Source of the DNA: a virus
Taxonomy: Duplodnaviria; Heunggongvirae; Uroviricota; Caudoviricetes
Reading direction: 5' to 3' (one strand)
Length of the DNA stretch: 34,710 nucleotides
Virus record (IMG/VR): IMGVR_UViG_3300026484_000248
Location: 1 to 34,710 of that record
The notes beneath the pieces are model-generated. The model searched no databases and had not been told where the DNA came from. It worked only from the letters and a program-made list of their open reading frames with translations. A program made the position numbers and the translations under genes. Positions 7,591 to 15,459 of this stretch are shown piece after piece. Each line of letters starts with the position of its first letter. The first letter of the stretch is position 1.

Positions 7591-8738
7591 TATAAATCCT
7601 TATTAACTGTTCTATCAATATCATTAAATATGTCTATTAATAATGGTATTAACTCTTCTTTATTTGATTTTACTGCTTCTGTAATTAAAGTTCTAGTATC
7701 TGAAGTATCTAACTCAACCTCTGAATCTTCTATATAATCAGTTCCGATTATCTCAGAAAGTTCTTCGTTGTTTATTACTGTTGAATTAACTCCTGCTTCT
7801 TTCATAGTATAAAGTATTTCATCAAAATGTCTATCTTTTGCTTTATTGATAAAAAACTTTATCTCATGCTTTTCTAAACTAGGTAATAGCTCTTTGTATT
7901 CTTCATCCGTTAAAAGCTTTCTATGCTTAAAAAGACCTGATACTTCAATATTTCTATCTGTATTTTGTTCGTCATTATATTTTACTTTAATGTATTTCTT
8001 ACTAGAGGTATTTTCAAAGAATTCCAAATAATCATCTTCATCCCAAACATAGAAACCTTTCTCTTCATCATAATCACTAAAATTATTTTGCCAAGGTGTG
8101 CCCAAATATTTAACTAATTTCTTTGTGTCCTTTAAATGAAAGTGACCGCTAAAAACATTTTTAACTTTAGTATTACCTGTAAAAAATTCAGTTGTCAATT
8201 TAGATGTTTCGTCCATATGACCTTTTACTAAGGCAAAGTGCCTAATTTCAAAGTGTCCTAAAACATTATGGCAATCTTTAATTTCATCATAAGTAAAATC
8301 TTCATCCTTTGTTATCCATGGTACGACATAAGTTTTATTTTTATTAATATTAATATAGGTTCTGTTCTCATATAGAATAAAATTATCAGGATAAAGATCT
8401 CTAAAGAATTTCACTAGGGTTACTTCTCTAGATTCACGATGAAAAATATCATGATTTCCTACTAAAGAATGTAAAATAAGATTCTTTTCTTTTATTTTAT
8501 CAAAAAATCTTATTCTTAATTCGTGGATAAAATTAATATCTGTAGTTGTTCTATTATCAAACAAATCACCTAATTGAAATATTTCAGTTATATTATGCTC
8601 TTTCATATAGGGAAATATCTGCTTATCTAATAAACTTAATTGGTCCTTAAGTGTTTCTATATTAAATCTTTTAATACCAAAGTGCATATCCCCTATTACT
8701 ATTAGTTTGCCGTTAATCTCTCTAGTTATTTCCTGCAT
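7590..8738 (-). CDS. gp47: Recombination endonuclease nuclease subunit (Mre11/SbcD-like)
   Basis: Metallophosphoesterase motifs GDMHFG, GDLFD, VGNHD and SGHFH. Start placed at ATG 8738 (TAATG overlap with the gp55 stop, SD AAGGAG) rather than at the track's GTG. Confidence 0.93.
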   Translation of the reverse strand: MQEITREINGKLIVIGDMHFGIKRFNIETLKDQLSLLDKQIFPYMKEHNITEIFQLGDLFDNRTTTDINFIHELRIRFFDKIKEKNLILHSLVGNHDIFHRESREVTLVKFFRDLYPDNFILYENRTYININKNKTYVVPWITKDEDFTYDEIKDCHNVLGHFEIRHFALVKGHMDETSKLTTEFFTGNTKVKNVFSGHFHLKDTKKLVKYLGTPWQNNFSDYDEEKGFYVWDEDDYLEFFENTSSKKYIKVKYNDEQNTDRNIEVSGLFKHRKLLTDEEYKELLPSLEKHEIKFFINKAKDRHFDEILYTMKEAGVNSTVINNEELSEIIGTDYIEDSEVELDTSDTRTLITEAVKSNKEELIPLLIDIFNDIDRTVNKDL

Positions 8739-9946
8739 TACCACTCCTTATCAAATTCTTCAACTTCACTAATTTCTTCTAGAGCTTTTTCGGGTTCTTG
8801 TTCTTTTTTCTTGACTTTTTGGGTTTCTTCAGTTATAATAAGATGTAAACCTTTTAGAGTTTCTTTAGAAGGAAAAGTAAAATTGCCTAACATTAAAGTA
8901 GAAGGTTTAATAATTCTTAAAGTATCTATCTTTGAGTTTTCTAAAATGGGCACAATCTTTTCTTCCATATCCCTAATATAATCTTCATAACTACTTGTCT
9001 TTTCTTCTTCAGGGGTAGTCTTTTTAATATATTTAATCTCTGAAATATTAGCGTTATTTGACTTTAAAATTTCATTAGAATCTTCTATATATTTTACGCC
9101 CTTTTCAATTGCTTCCTCAATATCTTTTAAAGTTCCATTAGATTTTATTTTAACAGAATATTCGTTTATAGGAATAATTTCTTCTTCTTCTATTTTATTA
9201 TCATTATTATAATGTTTAACCCCGTCTAAGTTTACTGATTCTAAAGAGATAGTATGTTTTAGAAATTCATCTTCCTTTTTTCTGATATTAATTATATTAA
9301 CAAAGGCATTAAAACAAATTTGAGTTATATAAGCAAAAGCATTACTTTTACCGCCGGTTCGTTTACTTAAAAGTTCTTCATCAAAATTATCTAAATACAA
9401 TAGAGTTTTTTCAATCGCATTACTAAAAAAGTCTGTTTTCCAGTTATCAGAATATCCACTAAAACTAGGCATTGTTGCTAAGTTTTTTATTATTAATAAA
9501 AGCATTTGGCCAAATTTTTCTTTAGACACTTCGGCTGTTAATTCAACAGTTTTAGCATATTCTAATAGTTGTTTGTCTGTAACTAAAGTTGCTGTGCTAT
9601 TTTCTTCTATTCGTTCTTCTAAAGACATAATATAATCAGCTCTCTTTATTTCAAATGCTTTAAGTACTTGTGAAGCTTTTATTGGTGCTTCCAAATTTTG
9701 GACATATTCTATATTATACCTAATTGCTTCCTGTGCTATATCGTTTTGAAACTGAACTTTAGTTGCATCTTTTCTAAAACGATTGATTTTCTTCTGCGAA
9801 TCGTAATCCCATTTTGCCCTAATTTCCTCTTCTGTTTTTTCTTCAATAGTTTTTAATTGATTGCTATACTTTAAAAAATATAATTGAAATTTTAGTCCTG
9901 GTTCTGAAACAAATTCCCGAATAGAGACTTTTTTCTTTTTAGTCAT
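8738..9946 (-). CDS. gp55: Late-transcription sigma factor, enlarged (402 aa)
   Basis: Core motifs FSGYSDNWKTDFFSNAIE..LDNFD and NAFAYITQICFNAFVNII are typical of gp55. Lies next to gp47 as in T4. Confidence 0.88.
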   Translation of the reverse strand: MTKKKKVSIREFVSEPGLKFQLYFLKYSNQLKTIEEKTEEEIRAKWDYDSQKKINRFRKDATKVQFQNDIAQEAIRYNIEYVQNLEAPIKASQVLKAFEIKRADYIMSLEERIEENSTATLVTDKQLLEYAKTVELTAEVSKEKFGQMLLLIIKNLATMPSFSGYSDNWKTDFFSNAIEKTLLYLDNFDEELLSKRTGGKSNAFAYITQICFNAFVNIINIRKKEDEFLKHTISLESVNLDGVKHYNNDNKIEEEEIIPINEYSVKIKSNGTLKDIEEAIEKGVKYIEDSNEILKSNNANISEIKYIKKTTPEEEKTSSYEDYIRDMEEKIVPILENSKIDTLRIIKPSTLMLGNFTFPSKETLKGLHLIITEETQKVKKKEQEPEKALEEISEVEEFDKEW

Positions 9947-9979
9947 TGGCTATTATCCTTTATTTTCTTTTCTTATTAC

Positions 9980-10001
9980 ATTATACTTAAAAAATACTTA
10001 A
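9980..10001 (-). promoter_or_regulatory. TTAAG-N11-TATAAT promoter for the gp55-47-46 operon
   Basis: TTAAG-TATTTTTTAAG-TATAAT, back-to-back with a plus-strand late promoter. Confidence 0.7.
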
Positions 10002-10005
10002 TATA

Positions 10006-10013
10006 TATAAATA
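10006..10013 (+). promoter_or_regulatory. T4-type late promoter TATAAATA
   Basis: Exact motif upstream of SD AAGGAG and ATG 10032. Confidence 0.75.
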
Positions 10014-10031
10014 ATTACAAAAGGAGATAAT

Positions 10032-10496
10032 ATGTCTAATAGAAACTTCACGCATAATAGCAATTTTACTTTTCAAACTAATCTTTTCGGAGATAATACA
10101 ACTTACGGAATTCAAGAAGTCGCTTTACCTGGCATGAGTTTTTCACATATTCAAGTAGCCCGACAATCTGTTTTAGGTAATTTACAAGGAGATACTCTAA
10201 ATTATAATGATTTAAGTATTAATATTATTATGGACGAAGAATTAAAAATCTGGAAGGAAATAGTAAGTACTTTACAAGATAAAATGAGAAGTCCTGATCA
10301 AGGTATTGGTAAACAAGTTGAGAAAATAGGGTTTCTAGAGATTCAAGATGACAATACACATAAGGTACTTAAATTAGAATTTCACGGAATGATGATTGAA
10401 AGTATAGATGATTTAAGTTATAATACCAATTCAGAAGATGATATTATAACTGTAGGAGTTAATCTAAAGTATGATTATTATACAATAGTTAATTAG
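10032..10496 (+). CDS. gp3: Tail completion / tube terminator protein gp3-like
   Basis: NFTF..QEVALPGMSF..GDTLNYNDLSINIIMDEEL..W pattern of the gp3/gp19 family. The only clear plus-strand gene; has a late promoter. Confidence 0.75.
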   Translation: MSNRNFTHNSNFTFQTNLFGDNTTYGIQEVALPGMSFSHIQVARQSVLGNLQGDTLNYNDLSINIIMDEELKIWKEIVSTLQDKMRSPDQGIGKQVEKIGFLEIQDDNTHKVLKLEFHGMMIESIDDLSYNTNSEDDIITVGVNLKYDYYTIVN

Positions 10497-10608
10497 TTTT
10501 AACATATATTAAGATTAGCTTTTTAAGCTATCGGCGTCATCAAGTTCATATTCTATTTCTTTAAAATCTAACTCTTTATGTAATCTAAGACAATGTTTTT
10601 ATTTATTT

Positions 10609-10627
10609 GGAACTTTCATAAAGTTCC
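10609..10627. terminator. Hairpin between convergent genes (possible terminator)
   Basis: GGAACTTT-CAT-AAAGTTCC, an 8-bp stem directly after the carbamoyltransferase stop. No clear U-tract. Confidence 0.35.
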
Positions 10628-12385
10628 CTAGTTGGAAACTTTAATAATTATTTTATATTCTGGTAAGTAAAGATACTCTAATTTTGATTTCTCTAATGTA
10701 TATAATGCATCATCTATTGTTTCAACAAGTGGGTCACCACCTAAGTTAAAAGATGTATTAAATACTAAAGGAACACCAGTTTGATTTTTAAACTCTGTTA
10801 TCAGATTATGATAATGCTCATTTTGGTCTTTTGTAACTGTCTGAATTCTACAAGTTCCATCAATATGAATTACGCTTGGAATTTTTTCTTCTACGCCTGG
10901 TTGACAATTAACAGCATACATCATATGAGGTGAGCTTTCCATTCCTCTTAAATCGAACCAATCTTTCGTGTCTTCTTTAAGTACAGATGCTGCAAACGGT
11001 CTAAAATATTCTCTATTTTTAATAAGATTTACATAATCTTTACCATCTTTAAAAGTTGGGTCAAACATTAAACTTCTGTTTCCTAATGCTCTTGGTCCAT
11101 TTTCTGATTTACCCTGGAACATAGCAACAATATTTTTATCTCTCATAATTTTAACTGCATCTGCATAAGTTGCATTAGTGTTAATAATTTCAGCATTTTG
11201 TACTTTCGCTACTGCATTTGCAATATCTTCATCTGAATAATTATATTCAAAACCGAAATATAAAGTATCACTTCTTTTTCTTACGGTTGAATCATTAGTT
11301 ACTTTATGATATTGTGCCATAGCAGCACCAATGGCAGTTCCAGCATCATTTGAAATTGGTTCAACATATAAGTTAATACCTTCATCTTTTAATTGTCCTA
11401 AATACCAGTAATTAGCAACACAATTTAATCCATATCCACCTGAAATAACAACATTTTTATTTCCTGACATTTTAACCGCTTTTCTAATTAAATCAAGAAC
11501 TTGTTGTTGAGATTGTGTTTGAACAGCATAAGCCATATCTCGTCTATTTTGAAGTAATGTAACATCTTCAACTTCTTCAAAAGGACCTTCTAATTCTTTA
11601 TATTTATTTGCATTTACTAAAGCACCATTTGGATATGTAGGAATAATTAAATTTCTATTTGTACTTGTCCAAGCGGCTAATCCATCTTCATTATGATAAA
11701 TTTTTGGAATTTTTAAGTTCTCTTTTCCATAAGGAAAAAGTCCCATTGTTTTACCTGCTTCTATAGGTTGCCATCCACAATATTGGGTAACAGCTTCATA
11801 AGCTTTTACAATACCTGCACTTTCATTTATAACTGTTTCACAACCTTTATTATCGGTAAATCTGGCACTACCAAACGGTCCTCTTCCACCAATATGAGTA
11901 TAAATTTTCTTAAACTCTGCTGGATAAGCACACTCAAATATTGATTCTGTTTCCCATACGGTTTCTTGGCCCATTGATAAAAATGTTCCGGCTCCATCAA
12001 CGATTAATGAAACTGCTTTTTCAAAACCACTTCTATAAAAAGCTACTGCTGCATGCTGTTCATGATGATTTTCATGAACCTCAATTACTTTTTTATCTAT
12101 ATCTTTTTCATCTATAAGTCTTAATTTTCTTATAAGAGCTTTATAAACAGTATCTCCTGAAAAATCAGTTCTTGAATCATCTTCTTGTGTATGAGAAATC
12201 ACCAAATAATCTAATTTATCCGTATAATCTAAAATTTTAACTATAGAAGCATAAGGTCCACCATCATATTTTTTTCTTGATAATCGTTCTTCTTCTATAC
12301 TAAAAACAACTTCTCCATCTTTTAGTAAACAAACTCCACCATTATGACCTCTTGCTATACCTGCGATATATCCTGTTTTATTCAT
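10628..12385 (-). CDS. O-carbamoyltransferase (NodU/CmcH/TobZ family)
   Basis: EEERLSRKK, HHEQHAAVAF, DGAG, AGKTMGLFPYG, SGGYGLNCVAN, NDAGTAIGAA, GPRALGNRS, REYFRPFA, HIDGTCRIQTV and NTSFN. Confidence 0.92.
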   Translation of the reverse strand: MNKTGYIAGIARGHNGGVCLLKDGEVVFSIEEERLSRKKYDGGPYASIVKILDYTDKLDYLVISHTQEDDSRTDFSGDTVYKALIRKLRLIDEKDIDKKVIEVHENHHEQHAAVAFYRSGFEKAVSLIVDGAGTFLSMGQETVWETESIFECAYPAEFKKIYTHIGGRGPFGSARFTDNKGCETVINESAGIVKAYEAVTQYCGWQPIEAGKTMGLFPYGKENLKIPKIYHNEDGLAAWTSTNRNLIIPTYPNGALVNANKYKELEGPFEEVEDVTLLQNRRDMAYAVQTQSQQQVLDLIRKAVKMSGNKNVVISGGYGLNCVANYWYLGQLKDEGINLYVEPISNDAGTAIGAAMAQYHKVTNDSTVRKRSDTLYFGFEYNYSDEDIANAVAKVQNAEIINTNATYADAVKIMRDKNIVAMFQGKSENGPRALGNRSLMFDPTFKDGKDYVNLIKNREYFRPFAASVLKEDTKDWFDLRGMESSPHMMYAVNCQPGVEEKIPSVIHIDGTCRIQTVTKDQNEHYHNLITEFKNQTGVPLVFNTSFNLGGDPLVETIDDALYTLEKSKLEYLYLPEYKIIIKVSN

Positions 12386-12412
12386 TTTTATCCTTATTTT
12401 TTCTATTAATGT

Positions 12413-12434
12413 ATTATATTATAATTCTACTTAA
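12413..12434 (-). promoter_or_regulatory. TTAAG-N11-TATAAT promoter
   Basis: TTAAG-TAGAATTATAA-TATAAT upstream of the carbamoyltransferase, with a second TTAAG 5 nt further upstream. Confidence 0.7.
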
Positions 12435-12452
12435 GATTTCTTAATGTTGTAG

Positions 12453-13451
12453 CTATTTACTACAACATTTTCCTGAACTGCAAGATTTTTTCTCTTCTAC
12501 TTGCACTGGTTCTGTATTCATTGTTCCTTTAACATAATTAGAAATACTAATTATATCAGATTCTTGTATATTAAAACATTCTTCATTATTCATTTCCACT
12601 CTTTCATCTTGTGAAATTCTAATAGGGCTGTATTCTCTTGTATCTTTACCTAAATCAATAGTATTGTAATTTTTTGCTCCTGGATATCCAACATTTTCTG
12701 GAAATGTGCTACCAAAAATAACAGTACAAGGTTTATTTAAACCAAAAGCAATATGTTGTCCAACACTATCACACCCCACAAAATGGTCTGCTTGTTTAAT
12801 TACTGATGCCCATTCTCTTAATGAAACATTTATAGTTCCCACTTTTACGTCAGAAGGAGTTTGAATATCTATATTTGCCATCACCATTACAACTGAATGC
12901 TTACTTAACTCTCTAATAATGTCAATTGCTGCTTCATAAGTAATACTTCTTCCACTAGGGTCAAATATTTTACCATTTTCATTAACAACTCCTGAACCAA
13001 ACGGTTGGAAAACTACCATATTAGATTTTCCTGATTGCTGTTTAATATCATTAACAATCATTTGACCTTTAGAAATTTCACTTCTAGTTAAAGAAACTTG
13101 TGCTCTATAATCTTCATAATTATCTGACATATCTCCATTAATTTCTATATCGAAACCTTGTGCAATATTACATTCCTGATTATAATATTTTTTATTCCTA
13201 TAAGGTTCAACTGGAACTATTACAGAATCTTTTATAAAGTCCTTAAATAAATCTTTATGATTTGTATGATAAGTTCTTTTATGAAGTAATTTGTTATTTT
13301 TGAAAAAATCATCTGAACCTTCAGCAACGATAATAAAATCTTCACCTTTTACAGCAAGTTTTTCCAAAGCAGGAATTGAAGCTAGTACTCTACCGGCACC
13401 ACCATTGATAAATATTGACTTTTTTGTTTGATTTTCTGTCTTGTTTGACAT
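12453..13451 (-). CDS. GT-B glycosyltransferase, GT9 (heptosyltransferase)-like
   Basis: N-terminal GGAGRVLASIPALEKL and C-terminal FVGCDSVGQHIAFGLNKPCTVIFGST match the GT9 patterns GD..++.P.+..L and DSG..H+A.A+..P.+.+FG.T. Confidence 0.7.
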   Translation of the reverse strand: MSNKTENQTKKSIFINGGAGRVLASIPALEKLAVKGEDFIIVAEGSDDFFKNNKLLHKRTYHTNHKDLFKDFIKDSVIVPVEPYRNKKYYNQECNIAQGFDIEINGDMSDNYEDYRAQVSLTRSEISKGQMIVNDIKQQSGKSNMVVFQPFGSGVVNENGKIFDPSGRSITYEAAIDIIRELSKHSVVMVMANIDIQTPSDVKVGTINVSLREWASVIKQADHFVGCDSVGQHIAFGLNKPCTVIFGSTFPENVGYPGAKNYNTIDLGKDTREYSPIRISQDERVEMNNEECFNIQESDIISISNYVKGTMNTEPVQVEEKKSCSSGKCCSK

Positions 13452-13466
13452 TGATTTCCTTTGTGT

Positions 13467-13487
13467 AAAAGGAGCAAGGCTCCCTTT
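13467..13487 (-). terminator. Terminator/attenuator-like hairpin in the glycosyltransferase leader
   Basis: Minus strand AAAGGGAGC-CTT-GCTCCTTTT, between the late promoter and the RBS. Confidence 0.4.
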
Positions 13488-13492
13488 ATGTT

Positions 13493-13500
13493 TATTTATA
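13493..13500 (-). promoter_or_regulatory. T4-type late promoter TATAAATA
   Basis: Exact motif upstream of the glycosyltransferase. Confidence 0.6.
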
Positions 13501-13517
13501 TCTTATGTTGTAAAATT

Positions 13518-13540
13518 ATTATAACATAACTTTTACTTAA
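13518..13540 (-). promoter_or_regulatory. TTAAG-N12-TATAAT promoter
   Basis: TTAAG-TAAAAGTTATGT-TATAAT, with an extended -10 TG. Confidence 0.6.
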
Positions 13541-13543
13541 AAT

Positions 13544-13987
13544 CTATACTTCTATTTTGTCTAAAACAGCTATTAAAGCCTCTGTTAATTCTGGATTAAT
13601 TTTTTTATTTTGTGTTACCATTTTTTGTATATTTTTAATATTAGATAAATCATCTTCTTTTACTTCTTCTAATATTAAATTATTTTCTTCATCAATTATA
13701 AAGTTATGATTATTAAAAACTTTATATAAAGATGCATCATCAATATCATCATTATCTGCAATTTCCATATCATTATATTGTTCCCACAAATATGCAACTA
13801 ATAATTCATTTCCTTTTGTCTCAATTTTACCATATTTGTACAGAAAACTAGGATCTTCTTTAAATGTTTCTTCTTTATCGCTAGCATATAAAATAGCACC
13901 TGTTGTATCATCCAATCTTGTGAAAAGTACTTTTGGTACTTTTCTTTTGATTTTTTGATTTTTTATTTCAATTTCAATTTCAATCAT
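13544..13987 (-). CDS. Hypothetical acidic protein
   Basis: 147-aa ORF with SD AGGAG, directly downstream of the Cys/Gly-rich gene. No recognised motif. Confidence 0.6.
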   Translation of the reverse strand: MIEIEIEIKNQKIKRKVPKVLFTRLDDTTGAILYASDKEETFKEDPSFLYKYGKIETKGNELLVAYLWEQYNDMEIADNDDIDDASLYKVFNNHNFIIDEENNLILEEVKEDDLSNIKNIQKMVTQNKKINPELTEALIAVLDKIEV

Positions 13988-13998
13988 CTTATTTCTCC

Positions 13999-15042
13999 TT
14001 ATTTGTATCTTACTAAAACTTGCCCAGTATTACCATAAGCACCATATCCATTACCGTTACAACAAGAACCGTTCCCGCCTCCCCAGCCACCTCTACCTGG
14101 ACCTCTATCTATATTATAGAAACAACAACCACCACCAGAAACAACAGCATGACAACAGCATGCTGATAAAGTGTGATCATTATGAACATGAACAGCAGAT
14201 ATAGCAAATCTATTTTGATGACAACTACTTGTTGAGATACCTCTTCTTGCTTTAACGCCTGCAACATCTATTAAATTTTCATTTTCCGATAAACAAACAC
14301 AAAAATTACCAAAATTGTCATCCGCAAACCCGTCTCTATGTGCGACAGTGTAAGAATATCCATAATCACAATCACATTGATCACCTGTATATATATGTCT
14401 AAATCCTGCACAAGAACAAGCACTTCCACCACAAGCGACAGCTCTAAAACATTTTCCTCCTTCACATCTACAAACAAACGATGTGCAACCATGACAAGCA
14501 TATGCACCAGGACAAGCACCACTTTGACAAGCACCACCAGCACAAAGAATATATTGATCACCAGGTTTCACTTTTACTTTTGTATAAAGATATGCACCGT
14601 CAGCACCGTTTCGCCCAAATCCACAACAAGTTGCATATCCTGTTCCGTTCCCGCCTGCACCCCAAATCTGAAATTCAGCTATAGAAACACCACTTGGAAC
14701 AGTCCAGGTACAAGATTTTCCGCCACTTCCACCACACCAATTTGTTGTACCATCATTTACTGTAATTGTACCAGTTATATTGGACATTAATTCCGGTAAT
14801 TTTATGTCAAGTGAACTATAAGAAGCTCCACATTTACCAGAACAAGCACCATTGGTTTTTTTAGACCCACCATTTAAAAAACTCGCACTTTTTTCTAATT
14901 TAGTTTCTGTTGTAGAAATTCTTTCATCAAAACCATTTACTGTTTTGGTTAATTCTTTTGAAACTGCCGCTGCATCCTTAACAACTTTATCGGTTTTAGT
15001 TTTTACCGCTTCTCCTATTTGTGTTAATATACTTTTTGCCAT
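13999..15042 (-). CDS. Cys/Gly-rich protein (glycine-rich domain), probable virion fibre/appendage component
   Basis: N-terminal coiled coil, then CTWTVPSGV..EFQIWGAGG and VKVKPGDQYILCAG, typical of glycine-rich domains in phage fibres. About 29 Cys by my count. Late promoter upstream. Confidence 0.65.
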   Translation of the reverse strand: MAKSILTQIGEAVKTKTDKVVKDAAAVSKELTKTVNGFDERISTTETKLEKSASFLNGGSKKTNGACSGKCGASYSSLDIKLPELMSNITGTITVNDGTTNWCGGSGGKSCTWTVPSGVSIAEFQIWGAGGNGTGYATCCGFGRNGADGAYLYTKVKVKPGDQYILCAGGACQSGACPGAYACHGCTSFVCRCEGGKCFRAVACGGSACSCAGFRHIYTGDQCDCDYGYSYTVAHRDGFADDNFGNFCVCLSENENLIDVAGVKARRGISTSSCHQNRFAISAVHVHNDHTLSACCCHAVVSGGGCCFYNIDRGPGRGGWGGGNGSCCNGNGYGAYGNTGQVLVRYK

Positions 15043-15061
15043 ATTAATTCTCCTTTTTATT

Positions 15062-15069
15062 TATTTATA
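15062..15069 (-). promoter_or_regulatory. T4-type late promoter TATAAATA
   Basis: Exact motif upstream of SD AAGGAG and ATG 15042. Confidence 0.7.
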
Positions 15070-15090
15070 TGTAGTCATATGACTACATAT
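15067..15090. repeat. Perfect 24-bp palindrome overlapping the late promoter
   Basis: ATATGTAGTCATATGACTACATAT is its own reverse complement. Confidence 0.85.
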
Positions 15091-15100
15091 TATTTTGAAA

Positions 15101-15436
15101 TTACCCAGCGAAAGCTGCAGTAAAATCGTCAATAGTGCCAAATTTATCTTCAGAAATAAGTTTTTCTTGATAATCGGATCTTACTGAAACAACTGCCCCA
15201 CTTGCCGGAGCAGTTTTAAAAGTAATCTTACCAGTTTTAGCATCTGCTGTGTAATCTTTAGAATCTACAACTTTACCGTTTAACATTACCACTAAAGTGT
15301 CTTTATCAAACGATTTAGTAAAACTAACTTCGTTACCGTTTCCTGCAAATTCTTCTGCAGGGGCTATAAAGTTTTCTTTAAATCCTGCTATTATTTTCTC
15401 ATTTCTCTTTGCCATTGTATATGCTATAATATCCAT
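15101..15436 (-). CDS. Small virion structural / fibre-associated protein
   Basis: FAGNG..VSF..LVVMLNGKVV..DYT..GKITFKTAPASGAVVSVR, a beta module common in T4-like virion proteins. Confidence 0.55.
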   Translation of the reverse strand: MDIIAYTMAKRNEKIIAGFKENFIAPAEEFAGNGNEVSFTKSFDKDTLVVMLNGKVVDSKDYTADAKTGKITFKTAPASGAVVSVRSDYQEKLISEDKFGTIDDFTAAFAG

Positions 15437-15459
15437 TTTTAATTCCTCCTATTTTTAAC

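Noticed and set aside
8739-8744. GTG start for gp47
   Set aside because: ATG at 8738 overlaps the gp55 stop (TAATG) and is correctly spaced from AAGGAG.
10628-12385. Carbamoyltransferase as tRNA-modifying TsaD/Kae1 or as HypF
   Set aside because: The 585-aa length and the two-domain order (Kae1-like N-domain, then YrdC-like C-domain with GPRALGNRS/NTSFN) fit the NodU/CmcH family.
14040-14830. Locally raised GC as a sign of horizontal transfer
   Set aside because: Explained by the Gly/Cys/Ala-rich protein. Third codon positions remain mostly A/T.
14271-15082. Overlapping ORFs at 14271-14561, 14338-14790, 14481-14684 and 14852-15082
   Set aside because: Alternate-frame or antisense shadows of the Cys/Gly-rich gene, left open by its codon bias.
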